Below, piece after piece: positions 10,947 through 28,861 of a stretch of 64,000 nt of DNA. Position 1 is the first letter of the stretch. The number at the start of each line of letters is the position of its first letter. Made by a program: the position numbers and the translations under genes. The stretch is from Trueperaceae bacterium (GTDB lineage Bacteria > Deinococcota > Deinococci > Deinococcales > Trueperaceae), in the NCBI GenBank assembly GCA_965213705.1, contig OZ243913.1:3488001-3552000 (forward strand), in the 5' to 3' direction. Below the pieces are notes generated by a model that was given only the letters and a program-made list of their open reading frames with translations, was not told the DNA's origin and made no database searches.

Positions 10947-12158
10947 TCAGCTCGCGGCCTCTTCGGTTGCTGTTTCGGTTTCCGCTGTTTCTGCGGGTTC
11001 GTCCGACTCGCCTTTGGGAGACCCGAACAGCGCGTCGAAGGCGGCGCGTTTGGTCTCGCTCGAGGTCTGCACCAGCGGGTCGCCTATGCGCGAGGCGGCG
11101 GCCTGCACGGCGGCGTCCAAGTCGCTTATCATCTCGGTCGCGTTGAGGTCGATTTTGTAGCCGGTGAGTTTGGCGGCCAAGCGCACGTTTTGCCCGCCCT
11201 TGCCAATCGCCAGCGAGAGCTGGTCGTTCGAGACGAGCACTTTCGCGTCTTGCTCGTCCATGTTGATTTCAATCGTGCCAACTTTCGCGGGCGAGAGCGC
11301 GTTGCGGATAAACTCGCGCGGATTGCTGTCCCACAAGATGATGTCCACACGCTCGCGCTGCAACTCGCCGGTGACCGACTGGATGCGGCTGCCGCGGTGG
11401 CCGATGCACGCGCCGATGGGGTCGACGTTCGGGTTCGAACTCGTCACGGCGACTTTCGAGCGCTGGCCCGCTTCGCGCGCGACCGCCTTGAGTTCGACGG
11501 TGCCGTCGGCGACCTCGGGGATTTCCTGGCGCATGAGGTACTGCAAGAGTTCGGGCGCGGCTCGAGACACCAAGATGCTCGGCCCACGGGCCGACTGCTC
11601 GACGTTCATCACGTACACTTTTAGGCGCATCCCAATCATGTAGCGCTCGCCGGGAATCTGCTCTTTTTGCGGCATGATGGCCTCGCCGCGGCCCAGGTCC
11701 ACAAAGGCGTTGCGCTTGTTGTCGGTGCGCGACACGATGCCGGTGATGACCTCGCCCGCGCGGTCCTTGTACTCTTCAAAGACGATGGAGCGTTCGGCCT
11801 CGCGGATTTTTTGGGTGATGACCTGCTTCGTCGTTTGCACCGCGATGCGCGTGAACTTGTCCGGGTCGACCGGAAACTCCATCTCCATGCCGACCTCGAC
11901 CGTGTCGTCTAAGTCCAGGGCCTCGCTCAGCAAAATCTCTTTGTCCTCGTCTTCGATTTCCTCGACCACGCGCCGCACCACCAGCACGTCGATTTCGCCG
12001 GTGTTCGGGTCGATTTCGACCTCGATGGTCTTGCCCGGCTCGACGTTGCGCTCGTACGCTTGCTCCAAGGACTCCTCGAACGAGGTCAACAGCTGCATCT
12101 TGTCTAAGTTGCGTTCGGCAGCGAGTTGGTTGAGGGCGTCTATAAATTCTTTGTTCAT
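10947..12158 (-). CDS. nusA: Transcription termination/antitermination factor NusA
   Basis: S1/KH motifs AREAGQRSKVAV, GACIGHRGSRI and LAIGKGGQNVRLA. Confidence 0.98.
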   Translation of the reverse strand: MNKEFIDALNQLAAERNLDKMQLLTSFEESLEQAYERNVEPGKTIEVEIDPNTGEIDVLVVRRVVEEIEDEDKEILLSEALDLDDTVEVGMEMEFPVDPDKFTRIAVQTTKQVITQKIREAERSIVFEEYKDRAGEVITGIVSRTDNKRNAFVDLGRGEAIMPQKEQIPGERYMIGMRLKVYVMNVEQSARGPSILVSRAAPELLQYLMRQEIPEVADGTVELKAVAREAGQRSKVAVTSSNPNVDPIGACIGHRGSRIQSVTGELQRERVDIILWDSNPREFIRNALSPAKVGTIEINMDEQDAKVLVSNDQLSLAIGKGGQNVRLAAKLTGYKIDLNATEMISDLDAAVQAAASRIGDPLVQTSSETKRAAFDALFGSPKGESDEPAETAETETATEEAAS

Positions 12159-12180
12159 CGTTATGCTCCTATTCAATTGT

Positions 12181-12230
12181 AATTTTCAGAGGTGTCATCT
12201 CTGAATGAATCAGGGAGGTGCCTCTAAGTT
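12181..12230. repeat. About 50-bp palindromic dispersed repeat (AGAGG..CATCTCT family), copy 1
   Basis: Aligns by eye with 33731-33782 and, more weakly, with 33452-33502. Confidence 0.7.
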
Positions 12231-12233
12231 CTT

Positions 12234-12674
12234 CTAACGAGGTTCGCTCGGCCACTCGGCCAGTCGAGCTTGGATGTCCGCAAGCTTGTACCGCTTCGTT
12301 TCTTTGCCGACCTCGAGCACCACTTCGTCCCCGTCGACCCCGCGGATAGTTCCCTTGAAGGTCTCGTTACCCGTGCGGACTTTGGTCTGCAAGTCGTGAA
12401 ACCGCTCGAAGTGCCGCGCTGTAAACAGGGGCCGTTCAGAACCCGGCGACTCGACCTCTAATTCGTAAGGCTCGGCAAACGGGTCCAAACGGTCGAGTTC
12501 GAGGCCGAACACCTGCGTCGCCAGCGTCACGTCTTCCATCGACACGAGTTGCTCGTCCAAACGGTCGATGCGGAGCAGCAAGCGCCGCTTTTTCCCTTGG
12601 CCCGTGCGCTCCAGCTCCAGCACCTCGAAGCCGAGCGGCTCCAGCACCTCTCGAGCAGCTTGTGCCAAGTCCAT
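12234..12674 (-). CDS. rimP: Ribosome maturation factor RimP
   Basis: YELEVESPGSERPL motif; first gene of the nusA operon. Confidence 0.95.
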   Translation of the reverse strand: MDLAQAAREVLEPLGFEVLELERTGQGKKRRLLLRIDRLDEQLVSMEDVTLATQVFGLELDRLDPFAEPYELEVESPGSERPLFTARHFERFHDLQTKVRTGNETFKGTIRGVDGDEVVLEVGKETKRYKLADIQARLAEWPSEPR

Positions 12675-12722
12675 ACAACCTCCTACACTCTCGCTTAAAC
12701 CTTCTAAACCTCCCGCCCCAAC

Positions 12723-12786
12723 AAAAAAGGCGGCGTGCTACGCACCCACCCTCGCGGTAGACGGGATTATTCCAAACGGCAGTATA
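12723..12786 (-). promoter_or_regulatory. rimP leader: -10 box and terminator-like hairpin
   Basis: TATACT (12786-12781), then GAGGGTGGGTGC-GTA-GCACGCCGCCTTTTTT, resembling the conserved rimP-nusA leader attenuator. Confidence 0.65.
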
Positions 12787-12945
12787 CAGCTTCAGGCGTG
12801 CTTGTGGCAAATCACAGCGACAAAAAGTCAGGCGTCAGCTTCAACCCAAACAGATACGCCTGGCACCGTCGTCAAGAAGTCTCAGCTAAACTGAGGTTCG
12901 TCGGTGGAGGTTGCCGGGACTTTGAACGTTCAGAAAGGCGTGGAG

Positions 12946-13875
12946 ATGAGAGGTTTTGCGAAACACGCGACGCGGTTTGGCCTGAGTTTTTTCCTGCTGC
13001 TCGGCTGGGTTTGGGCGCAAGAAGTCGTGCCCGTTTACGAGGGGCAGCGAGCTTACCTGGACGCCCTGCAAGCCGAGCCCGGGCTGCTGTCCAGGGAAAA
13101 GCTGGCACGCTTCGACCAACTCGTCCTCTCACCCTATGCCGAGCCGTGTGCGGAAGGATATGAAACCGGTTTTGTCGCAAGTTACTTTTACGACCGGGTC
13201 GTGGACGCACCGGCTTTTACGGACGCCCTGGAACAGCTTATCGCCGCCAGCGCCGACGTTGAAGAAGCCGTTGGGCGAGCTATGGCGACTGTAACGCCGC
13301 TGCTGCCCGCAGCCCCCATCACCTTTTGCCTTCTCGTTCCTCGTCCCGACGATGCCCTCGAGACCGAAATTATTAAGAAGATGGGCGGCGCGGCAGGCTC
13401 TGTAGGCTCCTCGTACGTCGTCCACTTGCAGGTGTATCCCCAGGAAGGGTGGCTCGAGCGGCTCGAGTACGTCGTCGCCCACGAGTACCACCACGCCGTT
13501 TTAGCTCAGCGCTTCCCGAACGGCCTCGGAGAATTTGACCTGCTGGCCTACCTCGTCCACGAAGGAAAAGCCGACAGCTTCGCCCACCTCGCCTACCCCG
13601 AGGTTCGAGCGCCCTGGACCAGCGCCCTGACGACCGACCAGGAGCGTGAACAGTGGCGGGCGTTGCAGCCGCTGCTTACGGCGACCCCGGCAACAAACCC
13701 GTCGCTATTTCGAAACGCGATGTTCGGCTCTAGCGCTTTTCCGACCTGGACGGGCTACACCGTCGGCTTTCACATCGTGCAGGCCTTTTTGCAAAGGCAT
13801 CCCGAGACGAGTGTCGAAGCGTGGACGGCGCTGGACGCGCAGACGATACTGGAGCAAAGCGGCTACAGTCCTTGA
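12946..13875 (+). CDS. Secreted DUF2268-type Zn-dependent protease
   Basis: Signal peptide, AHEYHH zincin motif, EGKADSFA and WTGYTVGFHIVQAFL. Confidence 0.85.
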   Translation: MRGFAKHATRFGLSFFLLLGWVWAQEVVPVYEGQRAYLDALQAEPGLLSREKLARFDQLVLSPYAEPCAEGYETGFVASYFYDRVVDAPAFTDALEQLIAASADVEEAVGRAMATVTPLLPAAPITFCLLVPRPDDALETEIIKKMGGAAGSVGSSYVVHLQVYPQEGWLERLEYVVAHEYHHAVLAQRFPNGLGEFDLLAYLVHEGKADSFAHLAYPEVRAPWTSALTTDQEREQWRALQPLLTATPATNPSLFRNAMFGSSAFPTWTGYTVGFHIVQAFLQRHPETSVEAWTALDAQTILEQSGYSP

Positions 13876-13970
13876 TGAATTTTAGGGCTGCAGCCGAGCT
13901 GGCACCTGCACCGGCGGCGCAGAGCTTACGAAACCCCGAACCCCGCACCTTCCTATCAAGTCTCTTAGAA

Positions 13971-14002
13971 AGGCCGGTCAGGCTAGCTAGCCTGACCGGC
14001 CT
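13971..14002. terminator. Perfect inverted repeat between convergent genes
   Basis: AGGCCGGTCAGGCTAG/CTAGCCTGACCGGCCT. Confidence 0.7.
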
Positions 14003-14035
14003 CGTAATTGTTCGGTTAACCCTCGTCGAAAAAGT

Positions 14036-14500
14036 CTACTCTTCGCTCTTTTGCTCGTCCTGAACGTCCACGTCCTCGGACTTGCCCTGCGACGACCTCA
14101 CCTCGACTTTGCGCGGCTTGGTGCTTTCGGAGCGCGGCACGGTGAGAGTCAGCACGCCGCGCTCGTACTCAGCCTCGACTTTTGTGAGGTCGAAGCTGGT
14201 GGGAATGGTGAAGTTGCGACTGAACTCGCCCTTGGGCCGACCCTGGTAGTGAACGGTCTGGTTCTCGTCTTTTTGGTAGTGCCGGGTCGCTTTGACGGTC
14301 AGGTTGTTTTGCTCGGTGCTCACGTCCAAACTGCCGTCGTCGACGTCGGGTAAGTCAAGGTAGATAAACAAGCCTTCGGTGTCTTCGACGATGTCGGTGG
14401 CCGGTGCCCAGGCTCCCACGCTTTCTTCCCCCTTTGTCACGCGGCTTAAACGGCGCTGCATGTCTTCCAGCTCTTGCCACGGATTCCAACTTTGTAACAT
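14036..14500 (-). CDS. Hsp20/alpha-crystallin small heat-shock protein
   Basis: WAPATDIVE, GEFSRNFTIP and AEYERGVLTLTVP motifs; GGAGG RBS before ATG 14500. Confidence 0.92.
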   Translation of the reverse strand: MLQSWNPWQELEDMQRRLSRVTKGEESVGAWAPATDIVEDTEGLFIYLDLPDVDDGSLDVSTEQNNLTVKATRHYQKDENQTVHYQGRPKGEFSRNFTIPTSFDLTKVEAEYERGVLTLTVPRSESTKPRKVEVRSSQGKSEDVDVQDEQKSEE

Positions 14501-14556
14501 GACTGCCTCCCAACGGTCAGGATAGGAAGCGGGACAAACCGTGAAAGTAGGAACCC

Positions 14557-15894
14557 TTACGAATCCAGCGAGAAGCCGTTGTTGCGAACGGTTTCCTGAT
14601 ACCAGAAGTAAGAATCCTTGGGATAGCGCGCCTGGTCGTGATAATCCACGTAGACGATACCGAAGCGTTTGTCGTAGCCTTCCGCCCACTCGAAGTTGTC
14701 CAGCAGCGACCACACGAAGTAGCCGCCGACGTTCGCGCCCGCTTGCAACGCGCGGTGTACAGCCTGCAGGTAGGCCGCCAGGTAGGCGACACGCTTCTCG
14801 TCGTGAACCTCGTTTTTCGCGTCCAAAGTATCGGGAAAAGCCGCTCCGTTCTCAGTGACGAACACCTGCGGGTTGCCGTAGTTTTCCTTGAGGTCAACGA
14901 GCTGCTCAAAGAGCGCGTCCGGATAAACTTCCCAGCCCATGCCGGTCAGTTCGGCGTCGGGGGGCGGGGCGGCCTGGCTCATGCCGACGAGGCTGGCTTT
15001 GTCGGCCTTGACGAGCACACGCGTGTACAAGTTGAGACCCAAGAAGTCCAGCGGTTGCTGAACGAGACCCAAGTCCCCGTCTTGCACGTGAGGGGCCAAC
15101 ATCGCGCTCGTCAACTCGGGGTAAGTGCCTTTGAGAAGCGGGTCGAGGTAGGTGCGGTTCCAGAGCGCGTCGAACAGGGCGGCGGCGGCGGCGTCCTCTT
15201 CCGTGTCCGACTCGGGGTGGACGGGCTGCAAACTTAAGACGGTGCCGAGCTGCCAACTGCCGTTTGTGCTCCGCAACCGCGACAGCGCCGTGCCCGTGGC
15301 GAGGTTCAGGTGATGCGTCGCCGCGCCGTAAGCAACGATGTCGGTTAGGCCGGGCGCGTGAAGGCCGAACAGGTGGCCGAGCAACGCGACCACGCTGGGC
15401 TCGTTCATCATCACGAAGTGTTCCACACGGTCGCCGTACTGCTCGGCCGCATACGCCGCGTAGTCGGCAAAGTAGTGAACCGTGTCGCGGCTCGTCCAAC
15501 CGCCCTTGTCCTGCAGGGCTTGCGGCAAGTCCCAGTGGTAAAAACACAACCAGGGCTCGACGCTTTGGCTCAGCAACTCGTCGATAAGCCGGTCATAGAA
15601 GTCGCGGCCTTTGGCGTTCGGCTTACCGCGACCTTCGGGAAACAGGCGCGGCCAAGCGGTCGAGAAACGATAGGCGTCCAAGCCGAGGTCGGCCAGCAGT
15701 TTCACGTCTTGTTTATAGAGGTGGTAATGGTCGCAGGCTACGTCGCCGGTGTCACCGCCCACGACCTTGCCCGGCGTGTGGCTGAACGTGTCCCAGATGC
15801 TGCGGCCCCGGCCGTCCGCCTGAACGGCCCCTTCAATTTGATAAGCCGCGGTCGACGCTCCCCAGACAAACCCGGCCGGAAATTCGATGTCCAC
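14557..15894 (-). CDS. GH1 beta-glucosidase
   Basis: WGASTAAYQIEG, YHWDLPQ, NEP (acid/base), TENG (nucleophile) and WSLLDNFEWAEGY motifs. Confidence 0.96.
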   Translation of the reverse strand: MDIEFPAGFVWGASTAAYQIEGAVQADGRGRSIWDTFSHTPGKVVGGDTGDVACDHYHLYKQDVKLLADLGLDAYRFSTAWPRLFPEGRGKPNAKGRDFYDRLIDELLSQSVEPWLCFYHWDLPQALQDKGGWTSRDTVHYFADYAAYAAEQYGDRVEHFVMMNEPSVVALLGHLFGLHAPGLTDIVAYGAATHHLNLATGTALSRLRSTNGSWQLGTVLSLQPVHPESDTEEDAAAAALFDALWNRTYLDPLLKGTYPELTSAMLAPHVQDGDLGLVQQPLDFLGLNLYTRVLVKADKASLVGMSQAAPPPDAELTGMGWEVYPDALFEQLVDLKENYGNPQVFVTENGAAFPDTLDAKNEVHDEKRVAYLAAYLQAVHRALQAGANVGGYFVWSLLDNFEWAEGYDKRFGIVYVDYHDQARYPKDSYFWYQETVRNNGFSLDS

Positions 15895-16298
15895 AAGTGT
15901 GCCCCTTTCGTAACGGCCTCAGCTTACCTCTCCGGCCCACAGAACGTGAAAGGCAGGCTGCTGTAAGGCTTTGTTGCTTATAAGTCTTTGCTGCTTGTAA
16001 ATCTTTGTTGCTCAAAAGGCCTTGGTGCCTGAGCAGACCCGGCTTTGACTTGCCAAGCTCGTTTGCAGCTCGAGCATCGCGAGGAGCCTCGTTCGTGGTA
16101 AAGCGAAGGAAAATGTTTATTCTACCGAGTTCGAACCCGGACCGGCGGTCTGGCGCGGGCTCGAGCCAGCCGACCTCAAGTGCACTCGACATTCGGGGCC
16201 GGGCGCGTTCGGTGCCGGGCGTTCGGTGCGGGTTTTTAAGACCTCGAGAACACCGGCGCGGGGCCGGGGCCTCGCTCGGTTCGCGCCCACTCTGCGGT

Positions 16299-17216
16299 AT
16301 GGTGGGCGGCGCTGTGCCCGCTACCTCGCCTCCACCCAAACGTGTTTACGCGGTTTTGAGCGTCGGCCTTGTCGCGGTGAGTTTGGCGGCTATTTTTATC
16401 CGCCTCGCCGACACGAACCCGCTGATCGTCGCGGCCTACCGTATGGCGCTGGCGAGCTTGGCGCTGTTGCCCTGGAGCCTGCCCGCGCTGCGCCGCGCCA
16501 AGTTTACGCGCGCCAACACCCTTTACGCCGTGCTGGCGGGCTTTTTTTTAGGGTTACACTTCGTCACCTGGATAAGCTCGCTGGCTTACACGAGCGTGGC
16601 GGCCAGCGTGAGTCTGGTCGCGTCGCAACCCTTGTGGGTGGCGCTGTTGGGCTGGCTGTTCGCCGGGCTGGCCCCGTCGTTTCTGACCTTGCTCGGGGTG
16701 GTGACGGCGGTAGCCGGGGGAGCGCTTATCGGCTTTGGCGACTTTGGTAGCGGCGCGGCCCCGCTGCTCGGTGACGCGCTCGCCGTAACCGGGGCCGTGG
16801 CCGGAGCGGCTTACTTTTTGCTGGGCCGCGCCGCGCAACGCCAGGGTTTGAGCTTGAACGCTTACGTCGGGGTAGCTTACGGCGTGGCGGCCGTTTTTCT
16901 CCTACCTCTGCCCTGGTTTGCGGGTGTGTCTTACGGCGGGTACAGCGCCGAGACCCTGGTGTGGGTAGTTCTGCTCGCGCTCATCCCGCAGCTTGTCGGT
17001 CACACGGGCATCAACTATGCGTTGCGTTACCTCTCCCCTACCCTGGTGGCGACGGCGGTGCTGCTCGAGCCCGTCGGCGCAGTCTTGTTGGCGGTGCTCG
17101 TCTTTGCAGAATTTCCGTCTTGGGTGACGGTGGTCGGCGCTGCCGTTTTGCTGGCCGGGGTCATGTTCACCGTTCAGGGCAGCCGCTACGCTGACCCGGC
17201 AGGTCAAGCTGACTGA
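16299..17216 (+). CDS. DMT/EamA family transporter
   Basis: About 10 hydrophobic helices with LHFVTWISSLAYTSVA and PQLVGHT motifs; the longer N-terminus in the ORF track is likely spurious. Confidence 0.9.
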   Translation: MVGGAVPATSPPPKRVYAVLSVGLVAVSLAAIFIRLADTNPLIVAAYRMALASLALLPWSLPALRRAKFTRANTLYAVLAGFFLGLHFVTWISSLAYTSVAASVSLVASQPLWVALLGWLFAGLAPSFLTLLGVVTAVAGGALIGFGDFGSGAAPLLGDALAVTGAVAGAAYFLLGRAAQRQGLSLNAYVGVAYGVAAVFLLPLPWFAGVSYGGYSAETLVWVVLLALIPQLVGHTGINYALRYLSPTLVATAVLLEPVGAVLLAVLVFAEFPSWVTVVGAAVLLAGVMFTVQGSRYADPAGQAD

Positions 17217-17591
17217 GCACTGCGCGGGGACAGGCTCGAGCCTGCCGGGGAAAAGGGACCAGCGTCGACCCGCCCTGAGGGCACAGCGGAGGACACACAG
17301 CAAACCCCCAGGCCTTCGGTTCGCCGACCCGTTTCGACCCACTGCACCACCCGTTATGCAACCCGTCACGTAAAAGTATGCAAGGCTTCAGTTTTTCTGC
17401 TATACTGCCCTACGTGAGCGCGATTTTGAACTCTCCGGGATTTATTTTAAACGCGCTCGGTACAAGCCACGCCAAAAACTGTCTTTATTAGGTTCTTCGG
17501 CCCAGAGCCGTGGGGCCTTTTGGTGTGTTTGTGTGTGGCGAAAGTGAGTGACCAGCAAAACCAAATACGCAAGTGACAGTCTGAAGGGAGC

Positions 17592-18104
17592 TTGATTTTG
17601 AAAGAAATGTCCAAAATGTTCAAGAGTGGCGACCAGGTCGTCCTACCGCCCTACGGTGTAGGCGTCGTGTCGGGCACCATGACGCGTATGGTCGCAGGCG
17701 CCGAGTCGAAGTATTACCAGGTCGACTTTCCCAACGGCACCTCGCGCGCTTACGTGCCGGTGCAAGCGCCGCAAAAGGCCGGTCTCCGGCCCGCCCTGAC
17801 CGAAGAAGAGGTGCGCGCCGTGACCGAACGCCTCGTCGACGGCCACGTTACTCTGCCCAAGCAGTGGGCGGCGCGCCACCGCAAAGTCACCGAAATTTTG
17901 ACGAGCGGCGACCCCTACCAAATCGCCACCTTGGCGAGCGAGTTGCGCCGCTGGGACTTAGAACGCGGTCTGCCCGACTTAGACCGCCAGGCATACCGCC
18001 GCGCCCTGCGCCTGCTCGCCGGCGAAATCAGCGCGGTGCTCAACATTTCGACCAAAGAGGCGAGAGCCTTGATGGAAGTCGACGACGACACCGAACTGAA
18101 CTAA
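17592..18104 (+). CDS. carD: CarD family RNA polymerase-binding regulator
   Basis: FKSGDQVVLPPYGVGVV, AYVPV and LPKQWAARHR (Trp wedge) motifs; exact start uncertain. Confidence 0.92.
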   Translation: MILKEMSKMFKSGDQVVLPPYGVGVVSGTMTRMVAGAESKYYQVDFPNGTSRAYVPVQAPQKAGLRPALTEEEVRAVTERLVDGHVTLPKQWAARHRKVTEILTSGDPYQIATLASELRRWDLERGLPDLDRQAYRRALRLLAGEISAVLNISTKEARALMEVDDDTELN

Positions 18105-18126
18105 AACAAAACCAACCCGATACTAC

Positions 18127-18152
18127 AGCCGAGCTTTGCGCTCGGCTTTTTT
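18127..18152 (+). terminator. Intrinsic terminator after carD
   Basis: AGCCGAGC-TTTGC-GCTCGGCT followed by TTTTT. Confidence 0.85.
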
Positions 18153-18245
18153 GTGAGCGGTCGGCAGTTCGCTCCTGTGGCGCGTTCACGGGCTACACAC
18201 ACGCTTGCTTCAAAAACAAACTTATACCGAACTGCTCAGTTAATG

Positions 18246-18834
18246 TCACAGTTGTTCGACAGCCTGTTTCCACCAGGGGAAGTTGGTGAGTTGCTGTAGG
18301 CGCTCAGGGTTGTGCCAGTAGGACTCGAGCACGTTTGTCAAAGCAGCTTCTAGGGCGTCGAGCGAGTCAAAAAGCCGGTTAGCGAGGATGCGTCTGAACT
18401 CCAAGAACCACCTTTCAGCGGGGTTGAGTTCGGGGCTATAGGGCGGGAAAGCTAAGGGGAGAATGTTGTCAGGTATGACGACAGCTTTCTTGATATGAGC
18501 AGGTGCGTTGTCGCGGGCAAGGCTAATCAAGTCCTCGGGATAGCGCTGGCTCAGGTGCTGAAGAAAAACTTCATAACAGTTCCCGTCTAAGCGGGGCAGG
18601 TACAAACAGAAATCTTCGCCAGTGACGGGTTCTACCGCGGCATAAAGCCAAGTCCACTCATACTTGCGCCTGAGCAGCCAAGCTGGCCTGATGCCCTTGG
18701 GGCAGTAACGACGTTTATGCCAGGTGATGAGTCCAAAGCGTGCCTCGTCCATAGCGAATACCCGCACTCTCTGGTTCTTTGACTTGACAACGGCCTTGGA
18801 CGTTTCTTTCAAACATTCAGCGAAGTTTTTTTAA
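18246..18834 (-). CDS. IS630 transposase OrfB (DDE part), reached by -1 frameshift
   Basis: FAMDEARFG, RDNAPAH and PPYSPELNPAE motifs; frame is open from the A-tract. Confidence 0.9.
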
Positions 18835-19306
18835 AGTCTGCTTGAGCCTCTTCATTGGCCTTTTCATGACGATAGCGGCCGGTCTTGGCTTTGATGTGGT
18901 GTCGTTTGAAAAGACGCAAGACACCTGTCTCGTCTTTGTAGTGGATCCCATGCTCAGCCAGCAGTTCTTGAGCCTGCTTATAGCTTGCAATCTCACCCGC
19001 TTCGAGTGCCTGCTGCAAAGCTTGCCATGCCTCGGTGTTGTCCCATTCCCGACGGCCGCGTTCGGAAACATTGTTCTCCAGCAGTTCACCCAGTCCGCCT
19101 GAGCGGTAAGTGGTAAGCCAGCGATGGCACTGCCTAAAGCTGTAGTTCAGCTCTTTAGCAGCCGCGCCGAGACTTCTGCAACGTCCGCTCTTTAGCAGTC
19201 GCAACATCTTTACCCGCTGAGTAAGATGGCTGTAGCGGTGTTTTTTCTCCAGTCCCAGCAGTTCCTCTTCACTTTCTTGAATCAGCTCTTGATAGGTCGG
19301 TCGCAT
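18809..19306 (-). CDS. IS630 transposase OrfA (HTH part)
   Basis: HTH-like region; ends ADFKK across TTTAAAAAAAC. Confidence 0.88.
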   Translation of the reverse strand: MRPTYQELIQESEEELLGLEKKHRYSHLTQRVKMLRLLKSGRCRSLGAAAKELNYSFRQCHRWLTTYRSGGLGELLENNVSERGRREWDNTEAWQALQQALEAGEIASYKQAQELLAEHGIHYKDETGVLRLFKRHHIKAKTGRYRHEKANEEAQADFKKTSLNV

Positions 19307-19658
19307 AACTATAGTATGACACGAAATGGGCAGTTTGGTATTAGAGCACCCCTAAATCACAAGTACCGCCTGTGGCTGCCGGGTTCCGGCAAAGTGCCAA
19401 GAAGACTGCCGGTTCAAAGATGTCGTCGCAGTTTCAAAAGGGCTAGACATCCTTGTGTGGCCTCGTTTGGACTACCCGGCCCAAAGAATTACCTTCCCAA
19501 GAACGGGGGCAAGGCCGAAAGCGTTTTTGTCTCAACGAGTCGAGGAAAAGCTGAACGAGGAAAAGCGAGGGTTCAGTCGGGTAAACGACGCGTTTCTGTC
19601 AGGTTCGTGCCTGTCAGCACCGAAACCTGCCAGTACCGAAAAGGGCAAAGGCTGACGA

Positions 19659-20033
19659 CTAACTGTTTTTGCTTTGCAGGTAACGCAGGGCGATGGCGTA
19701 AGCCGCGTAGTCGTCTATGGGGCGGGGCGGCGACCACAGACCTCTGGGGAGCAACCGGGTCAAACCCCGGGGCGGATGGTCGCGAAAGTAAAGTCCCCTC
19801 GCCTCGAGCGTCGTGCCTTCTTCGTTGACGACGACAACTTCCAGCTCGAGCTTCGCCAGCACGTCCTGGACAGCCCGGCTACCGGTGCCGTCACCCACCA
19901 CGAGGGTCGCGTCCGGGGGGTACTCGAGCCTTTTGAGCGCGCCCAAATCCAGAATCTCACGGCGCAACAACCGGCCGTCCTCGCCGACGTGCGCGACACC
20001 GATGTTGCGGCCGGGGTCGAAGGCGATAATCAC
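19659..20033 (-). CDS. YqgF/RuvX-like RNase H-fold nuclease
   Basis: IIAFDPGR, VVGDGTGS, VNEEGTTLEAR and PIDDYAAY motifs. Confidence 0.8.
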   Translation of the reverse strand: MIIAFDPGRNIGVAHVGEDGRLLRREILDLGALKRLEYPPDATLVVGDGTGSRAVQDVLAKLELEVVVVNEEGTTLEARGLYFRDHPPRGLTRLLPRGLWSPPRPIDDYAAYAIALRYLQSKNS

Positions 20034-20059
20034 CCTTACAGAGTAACGAATTGCAGGAC

Positions 20060-20089
20060 AAAAAGGGCGGCCCGCGGGCCGCCCTTTTT
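20060..20089. terminator. Terminator after rpoC
   Basis: AAAAGGGCGGCCC-GC-GGGCCGCCCTTTT. Confidence 0.85.
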
Positions 20090-20103
20090 GTTGAGAAGCG
20101 AGT

Positions 20104-24681
<4,578 letters not shown>

Positions 24682-24730
24682 GCGGTGTCCCTTCGCGAAG
24701 GTTCAAAAACGCGTTCTGCGCTGAATGTCA

Positions 24731-28108
<3,378 letters not shown>

Positions 28109-28477
28109 TTTCACCCCTTTGCAGAACCTGCGTCGCACCGCGCAAACAAACGCCACGAGGCTCAAGCGCCTCCTGGACCCGTTTCACGCAGTCTAATTTG
28201 AAACCTTTAAAAAATACTTCAACCGTGTCCTAGCTGCCGTCCGGCTTGGCTAAATCCGCCTGGATAACTTCGACATGGATGGTAAGAAATGAAGCTTGCG
28301 AGTTGCCGCCGTTTCCTTTGCAACTCCCTCCCTTTTGTCGACTGCCTCAGTCAACAACCAGACAGTGTACGCTGCCGCAAAGTGAGCGGGCGTAAGCCAG
28401 ACTACGCGATTTTAAAATAGTTAAGTTGGGGGGCAGAGGCGTTCTTACACGCCTCTACCCTGCACCCCAGGTCGGCC

Positions 28478-28861
28478 CTACTTGACTTCGACGGTTGCGC
28501 CCGCAGCTTGCAGTTTGCCCTGAATTTCAGTAGCTTCGTCTTTGCTGATGCCTTCGCGCACCACGCCGCCCGCTTCGACCAAGTCTTTGGCCTCTTTCAG
28601 ACCCAAGCTGGTAATCGCGCGGACCTCTTTGATGACTTGCAACTTCGACGCGCCCGCTTCTTTGATGCTGACCGTAAACTCGGTCTGCTCTTCGGCCGGG
28701 GCCGCTTCAGCGCCGCCTGCTGCCGCCATCATCATACCGGCGGGCATCGCCGCAGCCGCTTCGACGCCCCACTTTTCTTTTAACCCTTCGACCAAGTCGA
28801 CGAGTTCCAACACGGTCAAGCCCGAAAGTTGTTCCATCACTGCTTCTTTGTCAAACGCCAT
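28478..28861 (-). CDS. rplL: 50S ribosomal protein L7/L12
   Basis: EEQTEFTV and [11 protein letters not shown] motifs. Confidence 0.98.
   Translation of the reverse strand: MAFDKEAVMEQLSGLTVLELVDLVEGLKEKWGVEAAAAMPAGMMMAAAGGAEAAPAEEQTEFTVSIKEAGASKLQVIKEVRAITSLGLKEAKDLVEAGGVVREGISKDEATEIQGKLQAAGATVEVK

Larger units (their letters stand above)
18225..19340 (-). mobile_element. IS630-family insertion sequence
   Basis: Imperfect terminal IRs TACCGAACTGCTCAGTTAATGTCA / TACCAAACTGCCCATTTCGTGTCA with TA at both ends, lower GC, two overlapping transposase ORFs. Confidence 0.92.

Noticed and set aside
15900..16295. Extended N-terminus of the DMT ORF, or a hidden gene
   Set aside because: Low-complexity Arg/Ser/Pro translation with no RBS; treated as divergent intergenic DNA, possibly decayed coding sequence
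17220..17370. GC-rich segment with repeated ACCCG as a possible SRP or 6S RNA
   Set aside because: Lacks the SRP GGAA-loop/AGCAG motif, and I could not build a 6S-like rod by eye
19345..19655. Possible gene remnant beside the IS (…KGLDILVWPRLDYP…)
   Set aside because: Only faint resemblance to kinase-like proteins; no start or intact motif; cannot be supported without a search
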